DNA of 64,000 nucleotides, from NCBI GenBank assembly GCA_038229055.1, contig JBBROU010000007.1, forward strand, positions 2,101-66,100. The letters are read 5' to 3'. The notes under the pieces are model-generated. The model was not told where the DNA came from. It was given only the letters and a program-made list of their open reading frames with translations, and did not search any database. Numbering within the stretch: the stretch's first letter is position 1; every line of letters begins with the position of its first letter. Below are positions 34,367-44,359 of the stretch, in pieces. The position numbers and the translations under genes were made by a program. Origin of the DNA: Bryobacterales bacterium. Lineage in GTDB: Bacteria > Acidobacteriota > Terriglobia > Bryobacterales > Bryobacteraceae.

Positions 34367-35326
34367 ATGCGTGCCCTAGTCCTGCAGTCCGAAAATGAAC
34401 TTCCGCATTTAGAAGAAGTCCCTAACCCTAAGCCGAACCGCGGCGAGGTGCTGGTCAAAGTATCGGCCGCCGGAATAAACTTCGCGGACACGATGATGCG
34501 GCGCGGCGTTTATCTTCAGAAGCCGAAATTTCCGTTCATTCCCGGATTCGAATTTAGCGGGGTGGTTGAGCAAGGCGCCGAAGGCGCAGCCTGGAAGGCG
34601 GGCGACCGCGTGATGGGCATGTGCTCCGCGGGCTACGCCGAATACATCAAAGTGCCCGTTGCGCAGCTCATGCCGGCGCCGGCCCAGTTTTCCGACGAAG
34701 AAGCCGCGGCATTCCCCATTACTTATTTGACGGCGATGGGAATGCTCCGCCTGAATGGCCACGCGCAAAGCGGCGAGACGGTTTTAATCCACGCCGTCGC
34801 GGGAGGCGTCGGAACGGCTGCCACACAGATCGCCAAAGCGCTGGGGCTGCGCGTGATCGGCACCGCCAGCAGCGAAGAAAAGCTGGCGCTCGCGCGGAAA
34901 CAGGGAGCGGATGTTTGCATCAATTATAAAACCACGAACTTTACCGTGCCGGTGATGGAAGCGACCGGCAATCGCGGGGTCGACATCGTACTGGAATCCG
35001 TCGGCGGCGATTCTCTGGCGCGCGACATTGAAGTGATCGCACCGTTCGGGCGAATCATCGTCTTCGGTTCCGCCGGGGGGCCGTCGCCCGATCCTTCCAC
35101 CGGTGCGTTGTTCAAAAACTCCGCCGGAATTTCGGCCTTTTGGCTCACGACACTGATGCGGGAAACGAAGCTGCTCGCGGCCGTTTTGCACGAGCTGATG
35201 ACGCTGGTGGCTAAGGCGGACCTGCGTCCCGTGGTCGGCCGAGTCTATCCGCTCGCCGACGGCGCCACGGCGATGCGGGATCTGGAATCGCGAAGCACCA
35301 TGGGTAAGCTGCTTTTGAAGATGTAA
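34367..35326 (+). CDS. NADPH:quinone oxidoreductase / zinc-type alcohol dehydrogenase superfamily (MDR)
   Basis: GEVLVKVSAAGINFAD and NAD(P) motif VLIHAVAGGVGTAATQIAK. Confidence 0.9.
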   Translation: MRALVLQSENELPHLEEVPNPKPNRGEVLVKVSAAGINFADTMMRRGVYLQKPKFPFIPGFEFSGVVEQGAEGAAWKAGDRVMGMCSAGYAEYIKVPVAQLMPAPAQFSDEEAAAFPITYLTAMGMLRLNGHAQSGETVLIHAVAGGVGTAATQIAKALGLRVIGTASSEEKLALARKQGADVCINYKTTNFTVPVMEATGNRGVDIVLESVGGDSLARDIEVIAPFGRIIVFGSAGGPSPDPSTGALFKNSAGISAFWLTTLMRETKLLAAVLHELMTLVAKADLRPVVGRVYPLADGATAMRDLESRSTMGKLLLKM

Positions 35327-36795
35327 TGCCGGTGGCCATCATTGGAGCCACCGGATACATCGGCGGCCGTTTGGCTCGAAGCTTGATCCAAAGCGGCCAT
35401 CGCGTCCGATGCCTCGCGCGGTCCCCCGAAAAGCTTCAAACGCGCGAGTGGGCCGCCAGTCCGTTGCTCGAGATACGGCAATCCAATCTCGCGGATTCCG
35501 TTTCGCTCGCCCGCGATCTCGAAGGTTGCGACGCGGCGTATTACCTGGTGCATTCCATGAACTCCGCGGGCCCTGAGTACGCTGAGCACGACCGCCAGTT
35601 TGCCGAGGGATTTGCCTTTGCCGCTCGCCACGCACGCGTGGATCGCATTATTTATCTGGGCGGGCTGGGGGAAACCGGGCCGGATTTGAGCGAGCACCTG
35701 TCATCGCGCCGTGAGGTGGAGGCGGCGCTGGCAGCAACCGGCGTGCCGGTTACCGTCCTGCGCGCGGCAATGATCGTCGGGTCGGGATCGGCCTCCTTTG
35801 AAATCCTCCGCTACCTGGTGGAGCGGCTGCCCATCATGATTACTCCGAAGTGGGTGAGCACGCCGTGCCAGCCCATCGCCGTGGAGAATGTGATCGGTTA
35901 TCTGGAGGGCGTTCTATACAGAACCGAGACGGTGGGAGAAGTGTTCGACATCGGCGGACCCGAGGTGCTGTGTTATCGGGACATCATGCGGATCATGGCG
36001 GAAGAACTCGGCGTGAGACCTCGCTGGGTGATTCCGGTTCCGGTATTGACGCCGCGTCTGAGTTCTTATTGGATTCATCTGGTGACGCCGCTAAGTCACG
36101 ATATCGCGAAGCCCTTGGCGGAAGGGCTCAAGAATCCGGTGGTGTGCCGCGAGGACAAGATCACGCATCTGGTTCCGCAGGAACTTTTGACCGTGCGGCA
36201 AGCCATTCGAGCCGCGCTGAGCCAGATGGCGGAATATCGGGTCGAGACGAATTGGTCGATGGCCGGACCAATTCCTGGAGATCCGGATTGGGCGGGCGGC
36301 AAAGTCTTTCGCGATACGCGCCGGGTTGCCATGCAAGCGCCGGACTGGGCCGTTTTTCGCGCCGTATGCCGAATCGGCGGTTCACACGGTTGGTACTCGT
36401 CGGATTGGCTTTGGGTGATTCGCGGCTGGATGGATCTGATGGTCGGCGGGCCGGGGTTGCGGCGCGGCAGGCGGCACCCGGAAGAGATCGGGTTTGGGGA
36501 AGCGCTCGATTTCTGGCGTGTCGTCGATGTGAAACAGGATCGCCGGCTGGCTTTACGCGCCGAAATGAAACTGCCGGGCGAGGCGATGCTCGAATTCCAA
36601 ATCGAGCCAGGGCAAGCCGGTCAATGCACTCTGCAGCAACAAGCGTTATTTCGCCCGCGTGGACTCTTTGGTCTGGTGTACTGGTATGCGGTTGCGCCGC
36701 TGCACCACGTTGTCTTCGGCAGAATGTTGCGCGGAATCCGGCAGGAAGCCGGGCGCATTGCACTTGTGTCGCGGGAGCGGAAGACTACTCTTTAG
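35326..36795 (+). CDS. NAD(P)H-binding SDR-family protein fused to DUF2867
   Basis: VAIIGATGYIGGRLARSL Rossmann motif. C-terminal …GFGEALDFWRVVDVKQDRRLALRAEMKLPGEAMLEFQIE is typical of DUF2867. Confidence 0.8.
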   Translation: MPVAIIGATGYIGGRLARSLIQSGHRVRCLARSPEKLQTREWAASPLLEIRQSNLADSVSLARDLEGCDAAYYLVHSMNSAGPEYAEHDRQFAEGFAFAARHARVDRIIYLGGLGETGPDLSEHLSSRREVEAALAATGVPVTVLRAAMIVGSGSASFEILRYLVERLPIMITPKWVSTPCQPIAVENVIGYLEGVLYRTETVGEVFDIGGPEVLCYRDIMRIMAEELGVRPRWVIPVPVLTPRLSSYWIHLVTPLSHDIAKPLAEGLKNPVVCREDKITHLVPQELLTVRQAIRAALSQMAEYRVETNWSMAGPIPGDPDWAGGKVFRDTRRVAMQAPDWAVFRAVCRIGGSHGWYSSDWLWVIRGWMDLMVGGPGLRRGRRHPEEIGFGEALDFWRVVDVKQDRRLALRAEMKLPGEAMLEFQIEPGQAGQCTLQQQALFRPRGLFGLVYWYAVAPLHHVVFGRMLRGIRQEAGRIALVSRERKTTL

Positions 36796-37325
36796 CCGAC
36801 CAGCGCGCCCGCCAGTAACTTGATCGACGCGCGGCAAAACGCAGGCAGGTCTTCGGGCTTGCGCGATGTCACCAGATTGCGATCGACCACCACTTCGGAA
36901 TCTTCCCACCGGGCGCCGGCATTCACCACGTCGTCCTTGATCGCGAAAAACGAAGTCGCGCGGCGGCCTTTCAAAATTCCCGCCGAGCAGAGCACCCATG
37001 GACCGTGACAGATGGCCGCGACCAGCTTGCCCTGTGCGTCCAAATCACGAACGAACTGGATGGCTTTGGGATGCCGGCGAATGTGATCCGGCGCAAACCC
37101 ACCCGGGACCACCACGCCATCAAACTCCCTGGCCGACACATCGTCGTAGGCGCGATCGCACTTCACCGGGTAGCCCAGCTTACTGCCGTAAGTCTGACCC
37201 GCAACGGCGCCGACGGTCACCATCTGAGCGCCGGCTTCCCGCAGGCGGTAGTACGGATACCAGACCTCCATCTCCTGATAAAGGTTGTCGACGAGCACCG
37301 CTATTTTTTTGCCGGTAAGTTCCAT
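36792..37325 (-). CDS. DJ-1/PfpI family protein
   Basis: Nucleophile elbow AAICHGPWVL. VVPGGFAPD. 177 aa. Confidence 0.9.
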   Translation of the reverse strand: MELTGKKIAVLVDNLYQEMEVWYPYYRLREAGAQMVTVGAVAGQTYGSKLGYPVKCDRAYDDVSAREFDGVVVPGGFAPDHIRRHPKAIQFVRDLDAQGKLVAAICHGPWVLCSAGILKGRRATSFFAIKDDVVNAGARWEDSEVVVDRNLVTSRKPEDLPAFCRASIKLLAGALVG

Positions 37326-37363
37326 CTGTAGATATTTTAGAACAGGCTGTTCGAGGTCATGGA

Positions 37364-39688
37364 TTAGAACGAAAGCGAGAAACGGCCGGACACCGAGCGC
37401 GGCGGACCGAGCGCGGTGCCCGACAGCAGGCCCGCGAAATTGATCAGGTTGAAGCGGTCGGTTAGATTTCCGCCATCCACCTGGAAGCGCGCGCTGCGCC
37501 GGTCGGTCCTCCAGAGATCCGCACCCGCCGACGCGTTCACGCCAAACGACGGGCGCACTCGCCCACGATTGAAGTTCACGCGCGACAGCACGCGCTCGGT
37601 ATAGCGCTGCCGCAGGATTTCAAGCGGATCGCTCGCATCGACGGGCAAGCCGCTGCCGTAAAAGCTTCCGACGGCCAAATCGAAGCGTTTCAGCAACTGC
37701 ACGTGAACCTGCGCGTTAACGGTGTTGCGCTGATCCTGCGTGATTGCGAAGGCGGAGTGCGCCAGAATCAGGGCGGCGCTTCCGGGATCCAGAAAAAGGC
37801 CTCCGGTGACCGGCAGATAACCCGTGCCTGTCTGGTTGCTGTAGCTCAGAAATCCGCTGAACCGTCCCCAGGTGGGGATTTCGATCTTGGCCTCGAAGCC
37901 GTGAATTTGAGCGCGAGAGAAGGTGATCGGGAAGCTGACGCCGGTGTTCAGAAGAACGTCGTCATCGGCGAAGTTGCGAACGGAACGTTTGAAAACCGTG
38001 CCGTCCAATCGCAAATGCGCGAACACGCTTTTGGAAAATCCCGCCTGGTAGAAATTGCCGCGCGAGGGGCGAATGGCAACGCTGGTTCCCGACTGGCTCA
38101 AGCGGCGAGTGACGTCGGCGCTGGCGAGCAGCAGATTCTCAATAGCCGGGGTTTGAAAGGCTCGATCGTATGAAGCCCGCACCACCAAACCCGCGGACGG
38201 AAATGAGTACGCGACGCCCAGGCGCGGGCTCCACGCGGTCTCGTTCACCAGAAAACGGTAGCTGTCGAAACGAATGCCGGCGCTCAAACTGAGATTCTTC
38301 CAGTGCACCTGATCCTGAACGAATCCCGACGCCTGGTAAGCCGGCTTCCTGGCCGCAAATTGAAATTCAGGAAGCACACCCGCATCGAAGAAATCGGGAT
38401 TCGTAATTTTGTAATTGAACGCCTCGCGCACCGCGGTCCAGACGAAATCGCCGCCTGCTTTGATCGCGTGCGGGCCGCGCTGGCTAACCAGAGAACCGCC
38501 GGTGTAGGCTTCGCGAAATCCGCGATCCTGGTCCGCGATCACCGGGGTCGCCAGCGTATTCGAAACCAGCGCGGCGGAAAGGTCGCGCGCCATTGCATGA
38601 ACGCTGGCCATCAGCCGCGGCGAGAATACATGCTGATACGCGATCTGCCCCGATGTTTCGTCGCTCTCGCGATCCTGCCGCTGACCGGCCGCCTGCTGCT
38701 CCGGATTGTTGGGAACGTTGAATCGCGACCGGCGCGTATGCACCGCCATACGCAGCCGGTCGGCTTGTCCGATATCTCGATCGAGCTTGCCACCGACTCC
38801 TTCGCTAAAACCTCGATTCAGGAAATTATCCTCAGAGGGAGGATCCAGAAATCGGTCGGTGCGCGACACTTCCGTATTCATTCCGAACGTGGTCCGGCCA
38901 AGCAGATACTGCGCCGTGAGCGCGCCCTCGCGTGTACCGAAGCTGCCGTCTTCGAGCGAAAGCCCGCCGTGAAATCCGGGCCGCTGATCCTGAACCGACG
39001 AGACTTCCACCACGCCGCCCAGCTTGCGCCCATACTCAGCCGGATAGTTACCGGTCATCACGGTCAGCGATTGCACCTCGTCGGCTTCGAGGCCCGGAGC
39101 ATATCCCGGCGACCGGTTATCCTGCACAGGCACGCCATCGACAACGAACTGCGTCTGGTACTCCGAGCCGCGCGGATGCAGCACGCCGTTGGCTTCCAGA
39201 ATCCATCCAGGCTGCGATTGAACTAAGTCGAGGACAGCACGCGCGGGACGCGAACCGGTGCGCTCGCGGATGGCTTCCGCCCCAATATACTGCGCGGGTC
39301 CGGTGCGCCGCGGATCGAGCAGTGTGCTGTTATCGGTGACCACCACCGTAGTCTCGATGGCTGCCACGCCCAGGGTTACACTGACGTCGACCGGGAGTTC
39401 GGATTGAATCTGTACGGCCCGCCGCGCCGGCGCAAATCCCGACTTCTGAATATCCAGGCGGTAAGGTCCGAACGGCAGGTTCTTAGCGACATACAGCCCC
39501 TCACGATTGGTGCGGAAGCCGCGGTGGACCTGCGTCGATTCGCCCGTTAAGACGACATCGGCCTCCACTCCCAAGCCTTCGGCGTCGTGAATAGTAAGCC
39601 GCAGATCTCCGGTCTGCCGCTGCGCACAAAGTGGCAGGGCACAAAGAATCAACAGCGTCCACGCGCGTCGTAAGATCCACGAAACCAT
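37364..39688 (-). CDS. TonB-dependent receptor with N-terminal CarboxypepD_reg domain
   Basis: Signal peptide. RLTIHDAEGLGVEADVVL…REGLYVAKNLPFGPYRL (CarboxypepD_reg). Plug and barrel regions. The C-terminus ends …SVSGRFSLSF, a terminal aromatic residue. Confidence 0.85.
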   Translation of the reverse strand: MVSWILRRAWTLLILCALPLCAQRQTGDLRLTIHDAEGLGVEADVVLTGESTQVHRGFRTNREGLYVAKNLPFGPYRLDIQKSGFAPARRAVQIQSELPVDVSVTLGVAAIETTVVVTDNSTLLDPRRTGPAQYIGAEAIRERTGSRPARAVLDLVQSQPGWILEANGVLHPRGSEYQTQFVVDGVPVQDNRSPGYAPGLEADEVQSLTVMTGNYPAEYGRKLGGVVEVSSVQDQRPGFHGGLSLEDGSFGTREGALTAQYLLGRTTFGMNTEVSRTDRFLDPPSEDNFLNRGFSEGVGGKLDRDIGQADRLRMAVHTRRSRFNVPNNPEQQAAGQRQDRESDETSGQIAYQHVFSPRLMASVHAMARDLSAALVSNTLATPVIADQDRGFREAYTGGSLVSQRGPHAIKAGGDFVWTAVREAFNYKITNPDFFDAGVLPEFQFAARKPAYQASGFVQDQVHWKNLSLSAGIRFDSYRFLVNETAWSPRLGVAYSFPSAGLVVRASYDRAFQTPAIENLLLASADVTRRLSQSGTSVAIRPSRGNFYQAGFSKSVFAHLRLDGTVFKRSVRNFADDDVLLNTGVSFPITFSRAQIHGFEAKIEIPTWGRFSGFLSYSNQTGTGYLPVTGGLFLDPGSAALILAHSAFAITQDQRNTVNAQVHVQLLKRFDLAVGSFYGSGLPVDASDPLEILRQRYTERVLSRVNFNRGRVRPSFGVNASAGADLWRTDRRSARFQVDGGNLTDRFNLINFAGLLSGTALGPPRSVSGRFSLSF

Positions 39689-39702
39689 CGCTAATAATCA
39701 TT

Positions 39703-41673
39703 TTAGCGAAGCTGCCACTGCTCATCGAAGAATCCGGCTTCGACTATCTTGCCTGGCGCGTTCTCGTCGGCGGGTGTCGAGATACCCACCACCGCATAAT
39801 CCGGGAGCTTGGCAACCTGGCGAGCATTGCTCTGGTAATCGAACTCGCGGAAGGTGACGCCGCTATTCAGCACAACGTATTTTTTTGGATTCAGGGGATT
39901 CGGATAGATCATCAGCAACGCATGTGTTGACGCGGGGAAGGTGCGCTTACCGACGGTCACCGCATCGCGCGTCCACCCGATGGGCAGCAATTTCACGATG
40001 CGCGCCAGCACTTGATTGCTCTGCGGATCTCCCCACAAAACCAGATTCGAGTTGGCGATATCGGCAGCAGTGACCGCCGTGTCGTCGCGTACCTGCGCCT
40101 CGCCGCGGAACTGCCGCCGCCATTCGCGAATCGCATGGGCTTGCTCGCCGGCGGCCCATTGCGCGATATCGGGCTGCATCGGAGTGCCGGTCGGCCGCAC
40201 CATGATGAAGCTGTCGAGAAACGCATCGTCAATCGGCCCTTGCAGGCCGTGTCGTTTGCGAACGGTGCCGTCGTCGCCTTCGATCACCGTCCACTTACCC
40301 AGCGATTTGCGGAAATGCGCGCTCCAGGAACGGTCGGTCAGCGGTCCGGGCAGCAGGAAATTCTGACCGTCGAGCGAGACAGTCACGCGCTGCAGTTCGT
40401 CGAACGGCGCGCCTCCGGATCCCATATCGAAACTGATCTGCGTCACGTTGCTGGTGCGGGCCTTGAGGGAGTGGTCATCGGGAATTGCGGCGTCCACGCG
40501 AGCCCGCTCCCAGTGCTTTTCGAGGCCGTCGAGAGTAATCCACTTCATGCGGTTATACGCCAGGGTCCACGTGGTGAAGTGAACCTTGCGCGGATATGGA
40601 TCCATGCCGCGATCCGCGGCCGCGTCGACAATGCGATTGATTTCAACCTTCGCCTCGGGCGTATATTTGTGGCCGGTCTTCAGGCCCGTGACGCGGGTCA
40701 GATGCATTCCCTCCTGCGCCAGATAACGCTCCATGATGTCGGCTGCCTGTTTCTGCGGATCGAGATCGCCGTTGTACGCGACGGTTGGGCATTGATATAG
40801 ATTCAGCGCGTAATCCGTGGCGTCGGTGAGATGCCAGAGCTTCTCTTCATACCAGGTGGGATGGATCTCCTGCTTGTGACAGGCGGGGACGAATTCGCGC
40901 GTCTCCGCAAACCCCGCTCCCGGAGCGGCGGCCGCCCACAGCCCCGCGTAGTGCGTTGCGAATTGCCAAGCCGCGGCGCCGCCCATGCTAAAGCCGCGCA
41001 CCACGATGCGGCGTTCGTCGATGGAATACTGACGCTTCACGGCGTCGATGGCTTCGAAGAGATCCACCTCGCCCGCGAACTTGTTGGCATTGCAATAGCG
41101 CCCATAAAGCCGCAGCACGATGGTGTCTTTCGGCGTAAACTCGCCCGCGTTCTTTTGACTATCCCAGATGAAATTCACTTCGCTCAAAGTTTCATTGCGG
41201 CCGTGGAACCAGGCATCGAGCCGGAAGCGATGCGCCGACGCAAGGAACCACGTGGGCGGCACGACGAGCCCGTACGGCTGCGCGCTGCCGTCGATTTTGG
41301 AGATGTAGCCGCGCACCACGAGCCCCGTCGCGGCGGCCCAGGGAGCCGTACCGCGCGCCAGCGCATCGGCGCGCTCCTGGCCGGTCTTCAGCAGTTCTTT
41401 GGCGCGTTCCACTTCTTCCGGCTTGAAAAATTCATTGCCTTCCAGAGCGAATCGCACGGCCTTGTGATAGATCAGCACGTCGGGAAGCAGCGGATTTCCT
41501 TTTAGCGCGTCGATGCTGGAACCGAGACGCGAAAGGCCGCTGGCAAGGGTGGCGCGATCCGCCGCGGTGACGGCAATTCCCGGCGGCGGCACTGGTGCAA
41601 CGGCCGCGCGCAGCATCAGCGGCAACGTGAAAATGAGCGTAAGAGCAATTCGCATGAGGGAGGTTTTCATCAT
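39703..41673 (-). CDS. secreted alpha/beta hydrolase (esterase/peptidase-like) with large C-terminal domain
   Basis: Signal peptide MRIALTLIFTLPLMLRA. Nucleophile elbow VVRGFSMGGAAAW. Confidence 0.65.
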   Translation of the reverse strand: MMKTSLMRIALTLIFTLPLMLRAAVAPVPPPGIAVTAADRATLASGLSRLGSSIDALKGNPLLPDVLIYHKAVRFALEGNEFFKPEEVERAKELLKTGQERADALARGTAPWAAATGLVVRGYISKIDGSAQPYGLVVPPTWFLASAHRFRLDAWFHGRNETLSEVNFIWDSQKNAGEFTPKDTIVLRLYGRYCNANKFAGEVDLFEAIDAVKRQYSIDERRIVVRGFSMGGAAAWQFATHYAGLWAAAAPGAGFAETREFVPACHKQEIHPTWYEEKLWHLTDATDYALNLYQCPTVAYNGDLDPQKQAADIMERYLAQEGMHLTRVTGLKTGHKYTPEAKVEINRIVDAAADRGMDPYPRKVHFTTWTLAYNRMKWITLDGLEKHWERARVDAAIPDDHSLKARTSNVTQISFDMGSGGAPFDELQRVTVSLDGQNFLLPGPLTDRSWSAHFRKSLGKWTVIEGDDGTVRKRHGLQGPIDDAFLDSFIMVRPTGTPMQPDIAQWAAGEQAHAIREWRRQFRGEAQVRDDTAVTAADIANSNLVLWGDPQSNQVLARIVKLLPIGWTRDAVTVGKRTFPASTHALLMIYPNPLNPKKYVVLNSGVTFREFDYQSNARQVAKLPDYAVVGISTPADENAPGKIVEAGFFDEQWQLR

Positions 41674-42170
41674 ATAGCAGGCGGTTTGCGCGCGATCAGT
41701 TCGATGAAGTCGCGGTTCAACGCGCGATGCGGAATTTCCCAGCGCGCTACCGACGCATCCATTAATTCCACGTTCGCGGCGAAGCGGCCGCTAATGCGCG
41801 CAGCGATCGCCAGTGTGCCGCCGGCGCGCGTGCCGCGCAGCATCGGCGCAACTAAATCGGCTTGCCAGTAAAGCCAGCAGACAATCAGGTCGTAAGCTTC
41901 GGCTTCAATGACAAGCTCGCCCTTCTCTAAATCCGCGAGCACTGTTTTGATGCGCTCATGCGGCGCGATCAGCGACAAGGCGACCGCCGAGGAATCCACG
42001 GCAATTACGTCCCATCCATGCTCCGCCAGCAAGGTGCTGTGCCTACCCGCGCCGCACGCAAGATCGAGCGCACGGCCTGCTGGAAGCACATCGACCAGTT
42101 TCCCCAGCGCCTCAGCCGGCGCGCGCCCGGTGTGTTCCCCGTTACGAAACCGATCATCCCAATTCGTCAT
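41670..42170 (-). CDS. class I SAM-dependent methyltransferase
   Basis: Motif I ALDLACGAGRHSTLLAEHGWDVIAVDSS. 4-nt overlap with the downstream gene. Confidence 0.8.
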   Translation of the reverse strand: MTNWDDRFRNGEHTGRAPAEALGKLVDVLPAGRALDLACGAGRHSTLLAEHGWDVIAVDSSAVALSLIAPHERIKTVLADLEKGELVIEAEAYDLIVCWLYWQADLVAPMLRGTRAGGTLAIAARISGRFAANVELMDASVARWEIPHRALNRDFIELIARKPPAI

Positions 42171-42194
42171 CGATAAAGCCCGTCAGTAGTATGG

Positions 42195-43457
42195 ATGATA
42201 GTGAGATTTCTTCTTGTTGTTGCCTTCGCCACAATCGGTTTGAGTGCGACGCGGCCCGTCGTCATCCGGGACGTCTCCGTGGTCGATCCCTCTAGCGGCA
42301 TTATCGAAACACATCGGGACATAGTGGTTCGAGGCGACCGCTTCGCCAGCATCCGCGGCGCGGCGAAACCAACGCGCGCGCCGGTCCGCTACGCCATTCC
42401 CGGGCTGTGGGACATGCATGTGCATCTCTGGTTTCCGGACAATCAATTTCCGAAGTATCTCGCCGCCGGCGTTACAGGGCTGCGCGACATGGGCAGCGAT
42501 TTCTCGCGCGTGAAAAGCTGGCGCGCGCAGATCAAGGCCGGCACGCTCACTGGCCCGCGCATCGTCACCTGCGGTCCGCCTCTTTCCGGTCCGGTCTCCG
42601 AGCCCGATCCCAAGCTTCCCACCATCGTGGTCCGCGACGCGAACGACGCGCGCAAAGCTTTCGACACTCTCGACGACAAGCTCGGCGTTGACTTCATCAA
42701 GGTTCTTTCCAACGTGCCGGCGAACGCGTTCTACGCCGTATCGGAATATTCGCGCCACTGGGGACATCGAATTGTCGGCCATCTTCCCGACGAAGTGCCC
42801 GCCCGCCTCGCGGCCGACGCACGCATGGGCAGCATGGAACATCTTTTCGGCCTGGCGCTGGCCTGCTCCAGTCGCGAAGCTGAATTACGTGAAGAGCGTC
42901 GCGTTGCGTTGGAGAAGAAAGATAAGGACGCGCTCGCAAAGATCGACGACGAAATCCGCGATTCATATGATGCGAAAAAAGCCGCGCAGCTTTTCGAGAA
43001 GTTCAAGATCTACGACGTGATGCAGACGCCCACGCTGACGATGCTCAAGCGCATGACCGGGAAAGACGATGCCGCGTACATGCGGATGGAGCATCTGGTT
43101 CGCGACCTGAATCGCGCGGGTGTCCCGATTCTCGCGGGCACGGACACCGGCGACCCGGGCACCGTTCCCGGAGCGGAACTACACAAAGAACTCGAACTGC
43201 TCGCCGCTGCCGGATTGACTCCCCTCGAAGCATTGCGCGCGGCCACCACAACGCCTGCACGCCTGATGCGCAAGGACGATACTCTCGGCGTGATTAAGCC
43301 CGGCGCTTACGCCGATGTGGTCTTGCTCGACGCCAATCCGCTGACCGACATCCGCAACATCCTTAAAATTTCGGCTGTGATGGTGAATGGCAAGTACATC
43401 AATGCGAAACCGGTCAAGCCTGTTCCTACCAGGAAAAAGAGGAGGCGCAGAAGATGA
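42195..43457 (+). CDS. amidohydrolase family protein (secreted), polybasic C-terminal tail
   Basis: IPGLWDMHVHL (HxH metal motif), LAGTDTGDPG, ADVVLLDANPL. Ends …TRKKRRRRR. ATGA overlap with the next gene. Confidence 0.85.
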   Translation: MIVRFLLVVAFATIGLSATRPVVIRDVSVVDPSSGIIETHRDIVVRGDRFASIRGAAKPTRAPVRYAIPGLWDMHVHLWFPDNQFPKYLAAGVTGLRDMGSDFSRVKSWRAQIKAGTLTGPRIVTCGPPLSGPVSEPDPKLPTIVVRDANDARKAFDTLDDKLGVDFIKVLSNVPANAFYAVSEYSRHWGHRIVGHLPDEVPARLAADARMGSMEHLFGLALACSSREAELREERRVALEKKDKDALAKIDDEIRDSYDAKKAAQLFEKFKIYDVMQTPTLTMLKRMTGKDDAAYMRMEHLVRDLNRAGVPILAGTDTGDPGTVPGAELHKELELLAAAGLTPLEALRAATTTPARLMRKDDTLGVIKPGAYADVVLLDANPLTDIRNILKISAVMVNGKYINAKPVKPVPTRKKRRRRR

Positions 43458-44359
43458 CCATCGAGCCCGAGCTGACCATAAACGGTCGCACGGTTAAACT
43501 CACCAATCTCGACAAGATTTTCTGGACGACACCGAAAATCACCAAGCGGGAACTGCTGCAATACTACGCCGATATCGCTCCCGTGCTGCTGCCGCATCTG
43601 GCGGAGCGCGCCATGGTGATGAAGCGGTACCCAAATGGCGCAACCGACGAATTCTTTTTCATGAAACGCGCGCCGAGCCCCCGGCCCGACTGGATCCGCA
43701 CTTGCGCTATCAAGCATGCGTCCGGAAGCCTCATCGATTTCCCGATCGTCGACGACATCGCGGCGCTGCTCTGGGTGGTCAATCTGGGGTGCATCGATTT
43801 AAATCAGTGGTACGCGAAGTGCGACGACGTGGATCGCCCGGATTATTTGCACTTCGATCTGGATCCAGTGCCGGGCGCGCATTTCAAACAGGTGCTCGAG
43901 ACCGCCTGCGCCGTGCGTGAATCGCTCGATGCGCTCAAGATTCCGAGTTACCCGAAGACTACCGGGTCGCGCGGCATCCACATCTATATTCCGATCGTGC
44001 GCGGTCCCTTGCAAAAACAAGTGTGGACGTTCGCCAAAGAGTTCGCGAAGAACATGGAAGCGCAACATCCGAAGCTAATCACCGCCGAATATCGCGTTGC
44101 GAAAAGGCCCGCCGGGCGCGTGCTCGTCGATTACAACCAGAACGCGTGGGGACGCACGCTGGCGAGCGTTTACTCCGTGCGCCCGAAGCCGAACGCCACC
44201 GTATCGGCGCCGGTTACGTGGGATGAAGTGGTTACCGGTTTCAGGATGAAGAGCTTCACGCTGCGCACCATGCCCGCGCGTATTGCCGAAGTTGGCGATC
44301 TGTACAAACCGCTGCTAGCCAAAACCAAACGTCTGCAACTGGAGAAGTTTTTCAAATGA
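43454..44359 (+). CDS. ligD: NHEJ DNA polymerase/primase (LigD polymerase domain, stand-alone)
   Basis: LTNLDKIFW…TKRELLQYY…YLHFDLDP…KTTGSRGIHIYIP…VLVDYNQN are the AEP/LigD-Pol signature blocks. Confidence 0.9.
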   Translation: MTIEPELTINGRTVKLTNLDKIFWTTPKITKRELLQYYADIAPVLLPHLAERAMVMKRYPNGATDEFFFMKRAPSPRPDWIRTCAIKHASGSLIDFPIVDDIAALLWVVNLGCIDLNQWYAKCDDVDRPDYLHFDLDPVPGAHFKQVLETACAVRESLDALKIPSYPKTTGSRGIHIYIPIVRGPLQKQVWTFAKEFAKNMEAQHPKLITAEYRVAKRPAGRVLVDYNQNAWGRTLASVYSVRPKPNATVSAPVTWDEVVTGFRMKSFTLRTMPARIAEVGDLYKPLLAKTKRLQLEKFFK